NCBI GenBank assembly: GCA_965112635.1
Contig: OZ218778.1
Location: 480,001-544,000 of the forward strand
DNA length: 64,000 nt
Direction of reading: 5' to 3'
Origin: an uncultured bacterium
Lineage (GTDB): Bacteria > Oederibacteriota > Oederibacteriia > Oederibacteriales > Oederibacteriaceae
Every line of letters begins with the position of its first letter. The stretch's first letter is position 1. Under the pieces are notes generated by a model. That model saw only the letters and a program-made list of their open reading frames with translations, ran no database searches and had not been told where the DNA came from. Below are positions 27,934 through 38,717 of this stretch, one piece after another. Both the position numbers and the translations under genes were made by a program.

Positions 27934-30057
27934 TCAATAGTTCTGCCCGATGGACCTTGTGGCAAAAGCTGAATTGGACTGGGGGAAAGCGGTCAAACCA
28001 AGGGAAAACGCGATGGATGTCGTTTGGCCGACGTTGCGCCAGGTGAAATAAGCCTCCCAGCAATGCATGGGAAAGACCAGGCTGTACTCCTGGGCCACGA
28101 CCGTCCCGGAATTCATATCATAATAGTCGCTCAGCCTGAATTTCCCCAGGACTGGCAGCGTGAAGGAAAGTTGGGAATACAAATCCCAAAGATCCGGCTG
28201 GGGCTGAAAGGCCGGCAGGGGCCCGGCTACGTCAAAATAACTGACCGGCGGGATGGAATTGTTCTGGTATTCCAGGCCTAGCTGGATCTCACTGGTCCGT
28301 TTGGGGTCATGGAGAGAAACACCCTGGTGGGAATCCTGCAAATACTCCCAGTACATGTTAAAGCGGCTGTTGACATAGGCGCTGAGGATATTGTCGGCGG
28401 TATTGGCCGAGACCTCCAAAGAGAGCAGGTCGAATTTGTTGAGAGTGTTATTGGCCAGACTTTTGAAATCGTAACCCGTCCCCAATTTGGCCAAGATAAG
28501 GCTCTGGAACTGATACTGCAGGGACCCGGAAAGATAGTTCTGCAGGATACCCTGATAAGGGTCCATGGGGTCGGCATAAAAGCTTCCGGAATAAGTATGG
28601 TTGAGATCGCTCCGGAGAAAAGGCGCATGATAGGTCGTCAAACCGTTAGATAACGAATAAGAGCCGTTGAGCCCCGAAACATTTTGCTCGAATTGCGTTG
28701 TCCCGCCTCCGCCCGCGAACAATGAAATTTGGGGATGGTCCCTGTAATTCTGGGTCAGGCCCAGGCTGGTGTTCCACTGGACAAAGGGCGATACCTTGAA
28801 CCCGCCCTGCAGCGTGGGAGACAGGCTCTCTTCCAGGACATAATCATCCAAAAGATAGGTCGGAGTGGTCACTAAAGCGGTCCGGCTGCGCTTGACCTGG
28901 GAGGCGAGACTGAAATACCAGGGGGTATTGGCCAGACCCACAGGCAAGAGATTGAAATCAAGTTCGGGGAGGGTGTCCAGGGAGGTTTCGTAATCCGGCG
29001 GAGAAGCATTGGTATTCCAGGTGTTGTCCTTTTCCACGCTTAAGGAAGTGCTGTAGGACGCGGTATTCTGGGACACAGCCACATAGGTCCTTTGCTGGTG
29101 GTTGATGAAATCGGTGTTGTAATCCTTATCGAACTCCCCGTCGCTGTAGTCTTCAAAACTGCCTACCAGCCGATTCTCCTTAAAGAAGGTCTGCGCATAA
29201 GAACCGTCCGCCAGCCAACGGCTCTGGGAATAGTCTCCGTTCTCCCAGATCTGGTAACCTTCTGTCTTCGCTTGCACTGAAGGATCGTCATACTCCAGTC
29301 CTAACCCTTTGCCCCAGCCTTTTTTGCTGAAATAGTCGTTGGACACCGAGCCCGACCATTCGGGACTGAGAGAATAGAAATAAGTGGTCTTGATGTAATC
29401 CCCCCCGATATCATTTTGGCCGACTTGCACCATGAAAGGCGGCTTGCGGTTGTTCTTGAAGTAATGTGAGAAATAAGGGATGTAAAAGACGGGGATGTCG
29501 AAGATATAAACGAACACGTCCCAGGCTTCTATTTTGTCGTCGATGACAAAAGCGATCTTCTTGGTCACCAAGCGGTAATGGGGTTTCTCCAGGTCGCAGG
29601 TGGTGAAATAACCGTCATGGATGGTGATGTCCTTTTCTGATGCCTTATCAATGCTTTTCCCCTGAGCGTACCATGGCTTGCTCTCTATCCTGATGGCTTG
29701 TCCAATCCCGCTTTCTTTCTTGATATTATAATTCATGGACTCCCCGGAAATATTGCTGCCCTTTTCTTGTAAAAGGATATGGCCGTTGGCGGTGATATCG
29801 CCGTTGATGAGGTTGCAGGTCATCTCGTCAGCGGTCAGGGTGATTCCCTTGTAGGTGAGCTGGACGTGGCCCCTGGCTTTTAAAAACTTGCTGTCTTCCA
29901 AATACTCCAGATAGTCGCCGTTGAAATAGACTGGCATTTTTTCATCGCTGGTCTTTAAAGAGCTGGCTAAAGAAGGGGCGGGGCTGTTCTGGGCCCAGAT
30001 TTCAGAACCAGCCAGAATCAAGAACGCGGCCAGGAAAAAAAGCGAAATCCAAGACAT
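27934..30057 (-). CDS. lptD: LptD-like LPS-assembly outer-membrane protein (start uncertain)
   Basis: OstA-like N-terminus, FTTCDLEKPHY, PVFYIPY, beta-barrel C-terminus with HCW. Start placed at MSWISLFF. Confidence 0.75.
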   Translation of the reverse strand: MSWISLFFLAAFLILAGSEIWAQNSPAPSLASSLKTSDEKMPVYFNGDYLEYLEDSKFLKARGHVQLTYKGITLTADEMTCNLINGDITANGHILLQEKGSNISGESMNYNIKKESGIGQAIRIESKPWYAQGKSIDKASEKDITIHDGYFTTCDLEKPHYRLVTKKIAFVIDDKIEAWDVFVYIFDIPVFYIPYFSHYFKNNRKPPFMVQVGQNDIGGDYIKTTYFYSLSPEWSGSVSNDYFSKKGWGKGLGLEYDDPSVQAKTEGYQIWENGDYSQSRWLADGSYAQTFFKENRLVGSFEDYSDGEFDKDYNTDFINHQQRTYVAVSQNTASYSTSLSVEKDNTWNTNASPPDYETSLDTLPELDFNLLPVGLANTPWYFSLASQVKRSRTALVTTPTYLLDDYVLEESLSPTLQGGFKVSPFVQWNTSLGLTQNYRDHPQISLFAGGGGTTQFEQNVSGLNGSYSLSNGLTTYHAPFLRSDLNHTYSGSFYADPMDPYQGILQNYLSGSLQYQFQSLILAKLGTGYDFKSLANNTLNKFDLLSLEVSANTADNILSAYVNSRFNMYWEYLQDSHQGVSLHDPKRTSEIQLGLEYQNNSIPPVSYFDVAGPLPAFQPQPDLWDLYSQLSFTLPVLGKFRLSDYYDMNSGTVVAQEYSLVFPMHCWEAYFTWRNVGQTTSIAFSLGLTAFPQSNSAFATRSIGQNY

Positions 30058-30224
30058 TCTTGGGTTTTTAATCTCTGTGGCGTCCCGGAGGATTTGGCCG
30101 GAAGTTATCGGAGCACAGGAAGAAACAAGCAGTTGGTGCTTCTTTTTTTTACTCTGTTTCTTAAAAGTGGTGGAAAAACAGCCACCAAAAATGTTGGCCA
30201 TCCGGTTTCCTGACACCCTAAAAT

Positions 30225-30258
30225 AAAAAATGCGCGCCATGCAATGGCACGCATTTTT
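30225..30258. terminator. Bidirectional intrinsic terminator
   Basis: AAAAAATGCGCGCCAT-GCA-ATGGCACGCATTTTT just downstream of the ABC ATPase gene. Confidence 0.65.
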
Positions 30259-30278
30259 CCCGATACTTTTTCGTGGAA

Positions 30279-31382
30279 CTAAATAATAACTTTTTCCGTT
30301 GATACATCAAAGAAATGAGCTTTTTTCATATTAAAGACCAAATCGAAATCCTGGTTGACCGCGGTCTTGACATGAGTCCCTACCTTGGCGATAAAAGGGC
30401 TTCTGCCCGTGGTGACATACAAAAGGGTTTCTGAACCCGTGGGTTCAACCACTTCGACCGTGGCGGTGACGGTGAGCTCTGGTTTCGCGTCAGGAACATT
30501 GGTTTTATCCTTGATATCTTCCGGACGCAGGCCAAGAATGACCTCTTTGTCCACATAAGGCTCCAACGGACGGTTCATTTCTTCGGCGATCTTGACCTCA
30601 AAATTCTCTTCCTTGAAGAAAAGCCCCTCTTTTTTACGTTTGATGACGCCGTCCACGAAATTCATGGAAGGGGTGCCGATAAATCCCGCCACAAATTTAT
30701 TCAACGGTTTTTCATACAGGTTGGTGGGATCGTCGATCTGCTGGATGATGCCTTTATCCATCACCACGATACGGTCACCCATGGTCATGGCTTCCATCTG
30801 GTCATGGGTCACGTACATCATCGTGGCTTGAAGCCTCGTGTGCAGCTTGCTAATCTCCGCTCTCATTTGGACCCTCATCTTAGCGTCCAGGTTGCTCAAA
30901 GGTTCGTCAAAAAGGAAAACTTTCGGCTTACGGACGATAGCCCTGCCCACCGCGACCCTTTGGCGCTGGCCGCCGGAAAGTTCCTTGGGTTTGCGGCCGA
31001 GCAGCTCCTGGATACCCAGAATATCCGCGGCTTCTCTGACCCGCTGATTGATCTCTTCTTTGGGGTAACGGCGAAGCTTCAGTCCGAAAGCCAGGTTATT
31101 ATAAACATTCATATGGGGATAGAGGGCGTAGTTCTGGAAAACCATGGCAATATCTCTGTCTTTGGGGGGAATATCATTGACCCTGACGTCGTCAATAAAG
31201 ATGTCACCGGAAGTGATCTCTTCCAAACCCGCTACCATACGAAGAGTGGTTGATTTACCGCAACCCGAAGGCCCGACCAGGACCAAGAATTCCTTATCAG
31301 CAACGGTAATATCTACCTTTTTCACGGCTTCCACGTTGCCCGCATATATCTTTTGCACTGCCTTCAGGATTACTCTTGCCAC
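30279..31382 (-). CDS. MalK/UgpC-type sugar ABC transporter ATPase
   Basis: [31 protein letters not shown]-like tail. Confidence 0.95.
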   Translation of the reverse strand: MARVILKAVQKIYAGNVEAVKKVDITVADKEFLVLVGPSGCGKSTTLRMVAGLEEITSGDIFIDDVRVNDIPPKDRDIAMVFQNYALYPHMNVYNNLAFGLKLRRYPKEEINQRVREAADILGIQELLGRKPKELSGGQRQRVAVGRAIVRKPKVFLFDEPLSNLDAKMRVQMRAEISKLHTRLQATMMYVTHDQMEAMTMGDRIVVMDKGIIQQIDDPTNLYEKPLNKFVAGFIGTPSMNFVDGVIKRKKEGLFFKEENFEVKIAEEMNRPLEPYVDKEVILGLRPEDIKDKTNVPDAKPELTVTATVEVVEPTGSETLLYVTTGRSPFIAKVGTHVKTAVNQDFDLVFNMKKAHFFDVSTEKVII

Positions 31383-31566
31383 GGTTTTCCTCCACTTTAA
31401 AAGTATAATGTTCCGTAATGTTAATAATTTAATTACTTTACTATAATCGCCGTCTAAGTCAATAGTGTCAAAAGTTGAGAGTTTTAAAGCCCAAAAGGAT
31501 GACCAAGGTCCCGGCTCGTCCCCTCTAGGACGCTTGCTTGTCGGATAACACTTAGAAAACTACGGC

Positions 31567-32418
31567 CTAGCCTGTTGTAGACCCATTGCCTATTTTTCGA
31601 TAACAAAAGCAATCAAAGAGTTTCTCAATGACTGATTTAAGCTCTTTACGATGAACCACCTTATCAATGATGCCGTGTTCGAGCAAAAACTCGCTCTTTT
31701 GGAAACCCTTTGGCAGCTTCTGATGCATGGTCTGTTCAATGACCCTTGGACCCGCGAAACAGATCAAGGCATTGGGTTCGGCAAGGATCACGTCTCCCAG
31801 CATGGCGAAGCTGGCCGCCACCCCTCCCCCGGTGGGATCCGTTAGAACGGAAATATAAGGTAACCCCTTGGCCTTATAGTAAGCCAGGGCCGCGCTGACC
31901 TTGGCCATCTGCATCAGAGAGAGCATCCCCTCCTGCATGCGCGCTCCGCCCCCCGAAGAAGAAACAATGACAAGGGGGAGCATTTTTTCTGTGGCGGTTT
32001 CAACGAGGTCGGTGACTAGCTCTCCTAGGATCGAACCCATACTCCCCATCATAAAATTACAGTCCGTAACCCCCAAAGCGGTCCGGTATTTTCCGATCAT
32101 CCCCTCTCCAGTAATCACAGCCTCGGTCATCCCGGTTTTTTCTACGGCCTTCTTATGCTTGTCTTTATATTCCGGAAATTCCAGGGGATCGGAAAGTGTA
32201 TAGGGATTTTTGATCTCGACAAAGCTGTTGGCTTCGGTTAACAGATTGATCCTCTCCCAGGCTGTCATGCGAAAATGGTACTGGCATTTGGAGCAAACCT
32301 TGAGGTTGCTGTCTATCTCTTTGTTATATAAAATTTCATCGCAATTTTCGCACTTCGTCCAAAGACCATCGGGAACATCGACCCTTTTCCCTTTTCGGAT
32401 ACCCTGGAACCAACCCAT
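31567..32418 (-). CDS. accD: Acetyl-CoA carboxylase carboxyltransferase beta subunit
   Basis: WTKCENC...CSKC, GGARMQEG, FAGPRVIEQT. Confidence 0.95.
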   Translation of the reverse strand: MGWFQGIRKGKRVDVPDGLWTKCENCDEILYNKEIDSNLKVCSKCQYHFRMTAWERINLLTEANSFVEIKNPYTLSDPLEFPEYKDKHKKAVEKTGMTEAVITGEGMIGKYRTALGVTDCNFMMGSMGSILGELVTDLVETATEKMLPLVIVSSSGGGARMQEGMLSLMQMAKVSAALAYYKAKGLPYISVLTDPTGGGVAASFAMLGDVILAEPNALICFAGPRVIEQTMHQKLPKGFQKSEFLLEHGIIDKVVHRKELKSVIEKLFDCFCYRKIGNGSTTG

Positions 32419-32442
32419 CAGACCTCCGTCTTGACCGCGATT

Positions 32443-34128
32443 TCAGTTCGACTTAGCCATCTCAACCGGCAATCCCCGAGGACTCCCGCTGAACCCTTGT
32501 ATTATTTTACCTTTCTCCAGGGCAGATTGAAAAGCCCCCACGACTTTAGGGTCAAATTGGGTACCGACGCAATCTATGATCCTTTGCAAAGCGATTTGGT
32601 ACGGCATGCCTTTCCTGTAAGGACGGTCAGAGGTCATAGCGTCAAAACTGTCCGCGATGGTGAGGATCCTTCCCTGAATGGGGATCTTCTCCCCTCTCAG
32701 TTTCTCAGGATAGCCCTGCCCGTCAAACCGTTCGTGGTGGTACCGGATGCAATTGATCACATTAAGAAGTTTCTTGACTGGTTTGACGATCTCCACGCCC
32801 ACGAGGGGATGCTTTTCCACCTCGGCCCTTTCCTCAGGGGTTAATGCGGCAGGTTTGCTCAGGATCTTTTCCGGGACCCCAATCTTGCCTACATCATGCA
32901 AAAGAGCCCCCAAGCGTATCTCTTCTTTTAAGGTCTCTTCCAAGCCCATTTCCTCGGCAATGGCTAGACTGTAGGCCATCACCCTTTCCGAATGACCCCG
33001 TGTATAGACATCTTTGGCTTCAATGGCCCTAGCCAATGAAGTGACGGTTTCAAAAAAGAGGTCCTGGACCTCTTTATACAACTTGGCGTTGTCTATCACG
33101 ATGGCTGATTGGTCGGCAATGGCTAACAGAACTTTTTCATCCTCTTTGGAAAATGAGCTGTTGCCCTTCTTGTTCAACACCTCTACAACCCCGGTAACCT
33201 TCCCGCCCACGCTCAAAGGAACCGCGGCGATACTGCGCGTAACAAATTTGGTCGCGTCATCGGCCTTTTTAAAAAACCGCTTGTCGTTTTGGGCGTCCGC
33301 AATCAACAAAGGCTCGTTCTTGCTGGCTACCCAACCGACCACCCCAGACCCGAATGGCACACGGATCTGTTTTATCTCTTCTTTTTTAGGGCCCGTGGCA
33401 ATGTCAGCGACCAGCTCTTTGGTGTCCTGATCGATCAAAAAGATGGAACTCGCCTCAGCGTCCAGCACCTTGGTGGTTGTTTCCATGATGATCTTAAGAA
33501 GCTCTTTCAAATTCAAAGTGGAATTTAACAGCATGGCACTTTTTTGGAGAGTGTTCAAAAGGGCCAGCTGGCGCTCCATATCCTGGACCATAGTGCTGTT
33601 CTCAACTACCATGGCGACGTAAACGCCCAGCCACCCCAACAAGCTCCGGTCTGCCGCAGTAAAGGGTTGTTCGTTCTTTTTATTGATGACCTCGATGACA
33701 CCGCAAGTCTTCCCCTTGTACTTTAAAGGAATGCAGAGAATGTTTTCGGTCTTGTAATCGACAAGACGGCTTATCTTGGGGCTGAATCGGGGGTCGGCCT
33801 TGACGTTATTGGCGATGACAGGCCGGCCATGCTTGGCCACCCAGCCCGCGATCCCTTCGTTCATATTGATCCGCATGTTAGCCAAGGGACCGGCCTTCTT
33901 CCCCAAAGCCACTTTAAAAATCAAGGATTTGGTGGTCCGGTCAACCAGAAAGATGGATCCCGCCATGGTGTCGGAAACTTTCATGACCATGGCCATGATT
34001 TTCTTTAATAAGGTTGCGTCATCCAATTGCTGGCTGGCCAATTGGAGCATGCGCGTGACAACACTTAATTTCTCGTTCAAAGTACTTCTATTTTTTTTCG
34101 ATGCTTTTCGCTCGTGCTTTTCCTTCAC
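32443..34128 (-). CDS. GAF-GAF-HD-GYP cyclic-dinucleotide phosphodiesterase
   Basis: Two GAF domains with NK motifs; TRGHSERV, LLHDVGKIG, HHERFDGQGYP, RPYRK. Confidence 0.93.
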   Translation of the reverse strand: MKEKHERKASKKNRSTLNEKLSVVTRMLQLASQQLDDATLLKKIMAMVMKVSDTMAGSIFLVDRTTKSLIFKVALGKKAGPLANMRINMNEGIAGWVAKHGRPVIANNVKADPRFSPKISRLVDYKTENILCIPLKYKGKTCGVIEVINKKNEQPFTAADRSLLGWLGVYVAMVVENSTMVQDMERQLALLNTLQKSAMLLNSTLNLKELLKIIMETTTKVLDAEASSIFLIDQDTKELVADIATGPKKEEIKQIRVPFGSGVVGWVASKNEPLLIADAQNDKRFFKKADDATKFVTRSIAAVPLSVGGKVTGVVEVLNKKGNSSFSKEDEKVLLAIADQSAIVIDNAKLYKEVQDLFFETVTSLARAIEAKDVYTRGHSERVMAYSLAIAEEMGLEETLKEEIRLGALLHDVGKIGVPEKILSKPAALTPEERAEVEKHPLVGVEIVKPVKKLLNVINCIRYHHERFDGQGYPEKLRGEKIPIQGRILTIADSFDAMTSDRPYRKGMPYQIALQRIIDCVGTQFDPKVVGAFQSALEKGKIIQGFSGSPRGLPVEMAKSN

Positions 34129-34176
34129 GCAACATCCTTTTTCAGCTTGAACTTATCTAGATAGGCAGGACCTTTG

Positions 34177-35334
34177 CTAAATGGACAGTCTCTGCAATTC
34201 CTGAAATAACTTGGCGCTTTCTAAGGACCTGGTCAGGGGGACGCTGATGGTTTCAAAAAGGTGGATATCGGCTTCGGTATACCTGGTCCCGTTGTTCTTG
34301 TTCAACAATTCTATGACGCCAACGACTCTTTCCAAATTGTACAGGGGCAAGGCTAAGAAAGTTTTAACGCTTTTTCGGTCAAATTCCACCTGCCAGGTCA
34401 GCCCCTCCTGGCTTGTATCCGAAAGCAAAATGGGGCTGTTACCATGGACAACTTTGCCCGCTACTCCCTGGTTAATGGACATCCTGGTGGTGGAACGCGC
34501 CCCCTGCTCACCGGTCACCAGAAAAAGATCACCGCGAGTTTCGTCAACAAAGAAAATAAGGCAGCTCTCGGCTTTAAGGAGTTTGACTAAGATTCGAGTG
34601 GTGATCTGGATAATCTTTTTCAAGTCACGGGTGGAATTGAGGAGGGTATAGATCTCGTGCAAAGCCATCAGCCGCTGGACTTCCCGTTTTAGAAAGGCGG
34701 CATTTTCAGAATGCTGGAAAGAGGAGACAGCCGGCTCGGTGAGGAAAGTCAGGAGGGTGATATCTTCTCTTCCAAACCGCTTCTTATCCTGGCTGTTCAA
34801 CAGCTCTACTGCACCAATCACCTCGTTTTGGTGGGTAATAGGCAGAATGAGCACCGTGAACATATTGAGCTTCGACTCTAAAGCCAATTCCTTACTGAAC
34901 CTTGTTTCATTAGAGATCTCACGGACGATCAAAGGCTCATTGCTTTTGATGACCCATCCCACCACACCTTCACTGAGAGGTAAACGGAGATTTTTTTTCA
35001 AAGCCGGCGCGTTGCCGTTAAAGGCCTGCAAATAGTAGTGGGTATTGTTCTTTTCTTTGAGCCACACCAGGGCCATGTCGCAATTCAGCGCCTTGACCAC
35101 TAACTTGATAAAGTTTTCAAAATGTTCGTCTGCGGGAAGGTTCTTGGTGACCAGGCTGTTCAATTCCAATAAAGAATTGACACGGCTGTCCATTGAACTC
35201 AAATAGCTTTGAAGGAGCTGGACGGCTTCTTCCCTATCCTTCAATTTCGCCTGGGCATCCCGCAACTCTTTTTCGACCTCCCTGATTCTCAAGGAGGCTT
35301 CTTTTAACTCTTCTTTACTGTCATTCCCGAACAT
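34177..35334 (-). CDS. Coiled-coil plus tandem GAF protein
   Basis: N-terminal coiled coil; GVVGWV...GAVELLN and GVAGKV...GVIELLNK. Confidence 0.85.
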   Translation of the reverse strand: MFGNDSKEELKEASLRIREVEKELRDAQAKLKDREEAVQLLQSYLSSMDSRVNSLLELNSLVTKNLPADEHFENFIKLVVKALNCDMALVWLKEKNNTHYYLQAFNGNAPALKKNLRLPLSEGVVGWVIKSNEPLIVREISNETRFSKELALESKLNMFTVLILPITHQNEVIGAVELLNSQDKKRFGREDITLLTFLTEPAVSSFQHSENAAFLKREVQRLMALHEIYTLLNSTRDLKKIIQITTRILVKLLKAESCLIFFVDETRGDLFLVTGEQGARSTTRMSINQGVAGKVVHGNSPILLSDTSQEGLTWQVEFDRKSVKTFLALPLYNLERVVGVIELLNKNNGTRYTEADIHLFETISVPLTRSLESAKLFQELQRLSI

Positions 35335-35603
35335 AAAACCACTCCTACCTGGTGCCTGACAAATTTATCCATTGGTTTTTTCCGTAGGAAAATTTTCTCT
35401 CAGGACATCAAGGTTGCAAAATAAGGTACGGACAAACTCCTTGTAAAATTTTCATTAAAATATAAAAAGGAGTCCCGCCCCTCTTTTTTGGGAAGGGGGT
35501 GGAGCCTATGAAATGCATAACTAAATAATAGTTGATCACCTAAAATATCTATCTATAAAGAGGCGGCAAAATTCACTTAAACAGATCATGAAATTAAAAC
35601 GCG

Positions 35604-35984
35604 TTAAAGTCCTTTTTCCAGTTGAGGAATGGCCTTTTTTAATTCCAGCCTGCCTTTTCCCAAATTCCCGTCCAGTCCGATAGCTAAAGCGCAAAAATAT
35701 TCCGTGCCGACGGTCATCATGATCATGGTGGCTTTCTCGGTGGAAATGAGGATTTCATTGGTCTTGCCCGCGCCGAAGCTCTCCGAAGCCTTCATGGCAT
35801 TCTTGACGATGGTAGAATATTCCGCGCCTGCGATGTTAATGTCAAAATCGGAATTAACCGAGAACTGCTCGATGACCAAACCGTCCAGACCGACCAAGCC
35901 AGCCCCGATCGCTCCGTCTAATGAGGTGACCAACTGATTTAAAATTGCTTTAAAATCCAAGGAACCATCCTTTCCTAAAGGCAA
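35604..35984 (-). CDS. Roadblock/LC7 (MglB-like) protein
   Basis: GAIGAGLVGLDGLVI...GNLGKGRLEL. Confidence 0.85.
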   Translation of the reverse strand: MPLGKDGSLDFKAILNQLVTSLDGAIGAGLVGLDGLVIEQFSVNSDFDINIAGAEYSTIVKNAMKASESFGAGKTNEILISTEKATMIMMTVGTEYFCALAIGLDGNLGKGRLELKKAIPQLEKGL

Positions 35985-36229
35985 ATGTATTAAAAAGCAG
36001 ATTTATCTTAATTAATAATGAAAAAACTGTCAAGCTTGAGTAGTTATAATGCCGATAGAAAATAAAAGCTTTAGAGCTTCCTAGATACTAGGTCATAAAG
36101 GCCGCACAAAAGTCGCGCCATCTTGTCCACCGCGTAAAACCATCTATTTGTCGAGCCATTTAATCCTTTTTCCCAGAACGTCAGATCCAGCATCTTCCCC
36201 TAAGTTCGCCGCACCGTAATAAAAGCGCG

Positions 36230-37522
36230 TCACTTTTTGTTTTTAACGGTCATTTTCACAGAGCTTACCCGCCTTTGGTCCCCCTTCAATATTTCCATGA
36301 CCACATTGTCGACCTCTATCTCTTGGCCCTGTTCCGGCGCTCGTCCGGCAATCTGGTTGATCAACCCCGCTAAGGTTTGCACATCCTCTGATAAGGGAAG
36401 CTTTAATCGGAGCCTCCTGTTAATATCCGCGATATTCATCCTTGCGTCGACGATATGACTGCCGTCGGCCGACAACTCGATTTGTTTCTCCTCCAAATCA
36501 TATTCATCTCTTATCTCCCCGATGATTTCTTCGATCACGTCTTCCAGGCTGATCAAACCGACTGTCTTCCCATTCTTGTCCACGACAATGGCGACCTGCA
36601 TCTTGCCTGCCTGGAATTCCTTCAGCAGCTCGCTGACTTTCTTGCTTTCCTGAACGAAGAAGGGGGGCCGAACCAGGTCCTGCATGATGACCAGATCTTT
36701 ATTATTCAACAACCCGAGCATATCTTTGGTATAGATCAAACCGATGATATGATCCACACTTCCCTTATAGACCGGCAGACGCGAATAACCCGATTGAATC
36801 GCCAGATCAATGAGCTGCTCGCTGGGCAGGGTTATATCAAGGCAAACCATCTCTGTTTTCGGAACCATAGCTTCTTTAACCTTAAGGTCGCTCAACTGGA
36901 AGATCGAGTGAATCATCCTTTTTTCATCCTCTTTCAGGACGCCCTCTTGCGCACCGATGTTGATGTAGCTTCTCAGGTCATCGGTGGTTAAAAAAGGGAT
37001 TTTGGAGGACTGAGGTCCCCCTAAAAGCCGGATACAACGGTTGGCGAACCACAGAATGATCCCAATTAAAGGATCAAGGAGAGTGGCCACGACCTCCAGG
37101 GGACCGATAAAAAGAATGGCGACCTTGGTGCTATTTTGCTTGGCGAAGATCTTCGGAATAATTTCCCCAAAAACGATCAGGGTGATCGAGGCGAAACAGG
37201 TAATGACAAAGAGGGTCCATGATTCGCTCCACAACAAATGCTGTGATAGTCGCAACGCGATCAAGGTTGAATCGACCGAGGCTAGGATAGCGGCAAGATT
37301 ATTAGCCACCAAGATGGTGGTCAAAAGGCGACTGGGGTTATCCATCCAACTTTTTAACTTGTATTCGCTGATATTCTGGGTCTCGATGAGTTGTTTGATC
37401 CCAAGACGTGTTTGGGAAGTCAGGGCTGTTTCCACGGAAGAAAAGTATGCGGAAATGAACAACAAAAGGATAAAAAAAAGTATTTCCCATATCAACATAA
37501 GCTTGGCAGTCTTTCTTGGCAT
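36230..37522 (-). CDS. CNNM/DUF21-CBS-CorC hemolysin-family protein
   Basis: FSSVETA, FGEIIPK, YSRLPVY, EDVIEEIIGEIRDEYD. Confidence 0.92.
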   Translation of the reverse strand: MPRKTAKLMLIWEILFFILLLFISAYFSSVETALTSQTRLGIKQLIETQNISEYKLKSWMDNPSRLLTTILVANNLAAILASVDSTLIALRLSQHLLWSESWTLFVITCFASITLIVFGEIIPKIFAKQNSTKVAILFIGPLEVVATLLDPLIGIILWFANRCIRLLGGPQSSKIPFLTTDDLRSYINIGAQEGVLKEDEKRMIHSIFQLSDLKVKEAMVPKTEMVCLDITLPSEQLIDLAIQSGYSRLPVYKGSVDHIIGLIYTKDMLGLLNNKDLVIMQDLVRPPFFVQESKKVSELLKEFQAGKMQVAIVVDKNGKTVGLISLEDVIEEIIGEIRDEYDLEEKQIELSADGSHIVDARMNIADINRRLRLKLPLSEDVQTLAGLINQIAGRAPEQGQEIEVDNVVMEILKGDQRRVSSVKMTVKNKK

Positions 37523-37538
37523 GTACAGTTTAGACGCA

Positions 37539-38234
37539 TTATCGACCCAGCACTTGCATGATAAGAATGGCGAACCCTATCCCGATTAAACCCCCCAAAA
37601 GGACTTCCCACCAGCCGTAGATCCTTGCGACAACCCGGCTCTGGGCGATCAAAAAAGCCAGGATCAAAGCCCCGGCACCTATCAGTAAATTTTTGGTCAA
37701 TAAATTAATAATGGCGGCCCCTCCAAAACCCAGAGCGCTATAACCGCTGGGCAGTCCAGCTCGGTAGGAAAGAGAAGAATACTTCCTGACCGGAAGGATG
37801 AGCGCAAGAGCCAGAAGGATCAGCACCAACGGGAAGATGATATTGGCGGTTTGGACATGCGCCAGAACTGACCGGAAAAGGGGTTCCAAATAGGGCGAAA
37901 AGATCAGCCATACCGTGCTCAAGCCGATGGCCAAGGATAACAACACGGCTCCCGCCAAAACATCCTTTACCCTGCGGATCTCTGGATCAAAATGAGGATT
38001 GATGGCGTCGCTTAATATTTCAACGGCCGTATTGATCATTTCCGCGGTCAGTACAAAACCCTCGGTCAAAATAAGGGCAGCCCATTCAAATCGGGTCAAA
38101 GGTAAAAAAATGGCAATTGCAGTTAAAATCAAGGCTCCGTATATTTCCAGCCTCAAACTCAGCTGAGTCCCTACAGCCTCTCCAATCCCCTCTATAGCGC
38201 AGTCCAGCTTGTCTTTGAACGTTCTACCCTTCAT
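37539..38234 (-). CDS. dgkA: Diacylglycerol/undecaprenol kinase with a PAP2-like C-terminal region
   Basis: EMINTAVE...KDVLAGAVL; GLPSGYSA...QSRV. Confidence 0.8.
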   Translation of the reverse strand: MKGRTFKDKLDCAIEGIGEAVGTQLSLRLEIYGALILTAIAIFLPLTRFEWAALILTEGFVLTAEMINTAVEILSDAINPHFDPEIRRVKDVLAGAVLLSLAIGLSTVWLIFSPYLEPLFRSVLAHVQTANIIFPLVLILLALALILPVRKYSSLSYRAGLPSGYSALGFGGAAIINLLTKNLLIGAGALILAFLIAQSRVVARIYGWWEVLLGGLIGIGFAILIMQVLGR

Positions 38235-38716
38235 TCCTCTCCCCCCAATAGAGCATACAGGCAAGCCCGCTCCATGCGCTGCATCCTTCTTTTCTGCGAA
38301 CGGGTCTTATGGTCAAAACCCAGCAGATGGAAAAAACTATGCACCAACAATCTGGCGATTTCCTCCCGGAAACTTATTTCCAGCCTTAAGCTTTCTTTAT
38401 AGGCGAAAGGCAGCGAAATGACAATATCCCCCAGAGAAACTCTTGGAGCCGGCTTCCTTCGGCCCCTCAAAACAGCTACCTCGTCAGATCTTAATAATGG
38501 AAAAGATAAACAGTCCGTGGCTTTATCCCGTTTCAGGTATCGCCTATTTAACTTTCTGATCCCGGCATTATCAGTCACCAAAACACTGAGTTCTGCATGG
38601 TTCAACCCTGAGGCCTTCAGGCATCGGACCATATATCCCTTGATAATTTTTGGGTCTAAAAAGAAATGGTTTCCCCGGCATTCTTCAGTGATAAGGACCT
38701 GCGGAGGCGATGGCAT
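38231..38716 (-). CDS. ybeY: rRNA maturation RNase YbeY
   Basis: TDCLSFP, LGDIVIS, HSFFHLLGFDH; start MPSPPQ at 38716. Confidence 0.88.
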   Translation of the reverse strand: MPSPPQVLITEECRGNHFFLDPKIIKGYMVRCLKASGLNHAELSVLVTDNAGIRKLNRRYLKRDKATDCLSFPLLRSDEVAVLRGRRKPAPRVSLGDIVISLPFAYKESLRLEISFREEIARLLVHSFFHLLGFDHKTRSQKRRMQRMERACLYALLGGEE

Positions 38717-38717
38717 A

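Noticed and set aside
30058-30240. Long N-terminal extension of the LptD-like ORF
   Set aside because: The ATG at 30240 lies inside a terminator hairpin, and the signal peptide begins much later.
35335-35603. c-di-GMP riboswitch upstream of the GAF/HD-GYP genes
   Set aside because: No GCAAA/GAAA tetraloop-receptor signature; only a terminator-like hairpin near 35470-35505.
36070-36193. About 40-codon minus-strand ORF (MLDLTFWEK...)
   Set aside because: Weak RBS and no recognisable features; cannot be supported without homology or Ribo-seq.
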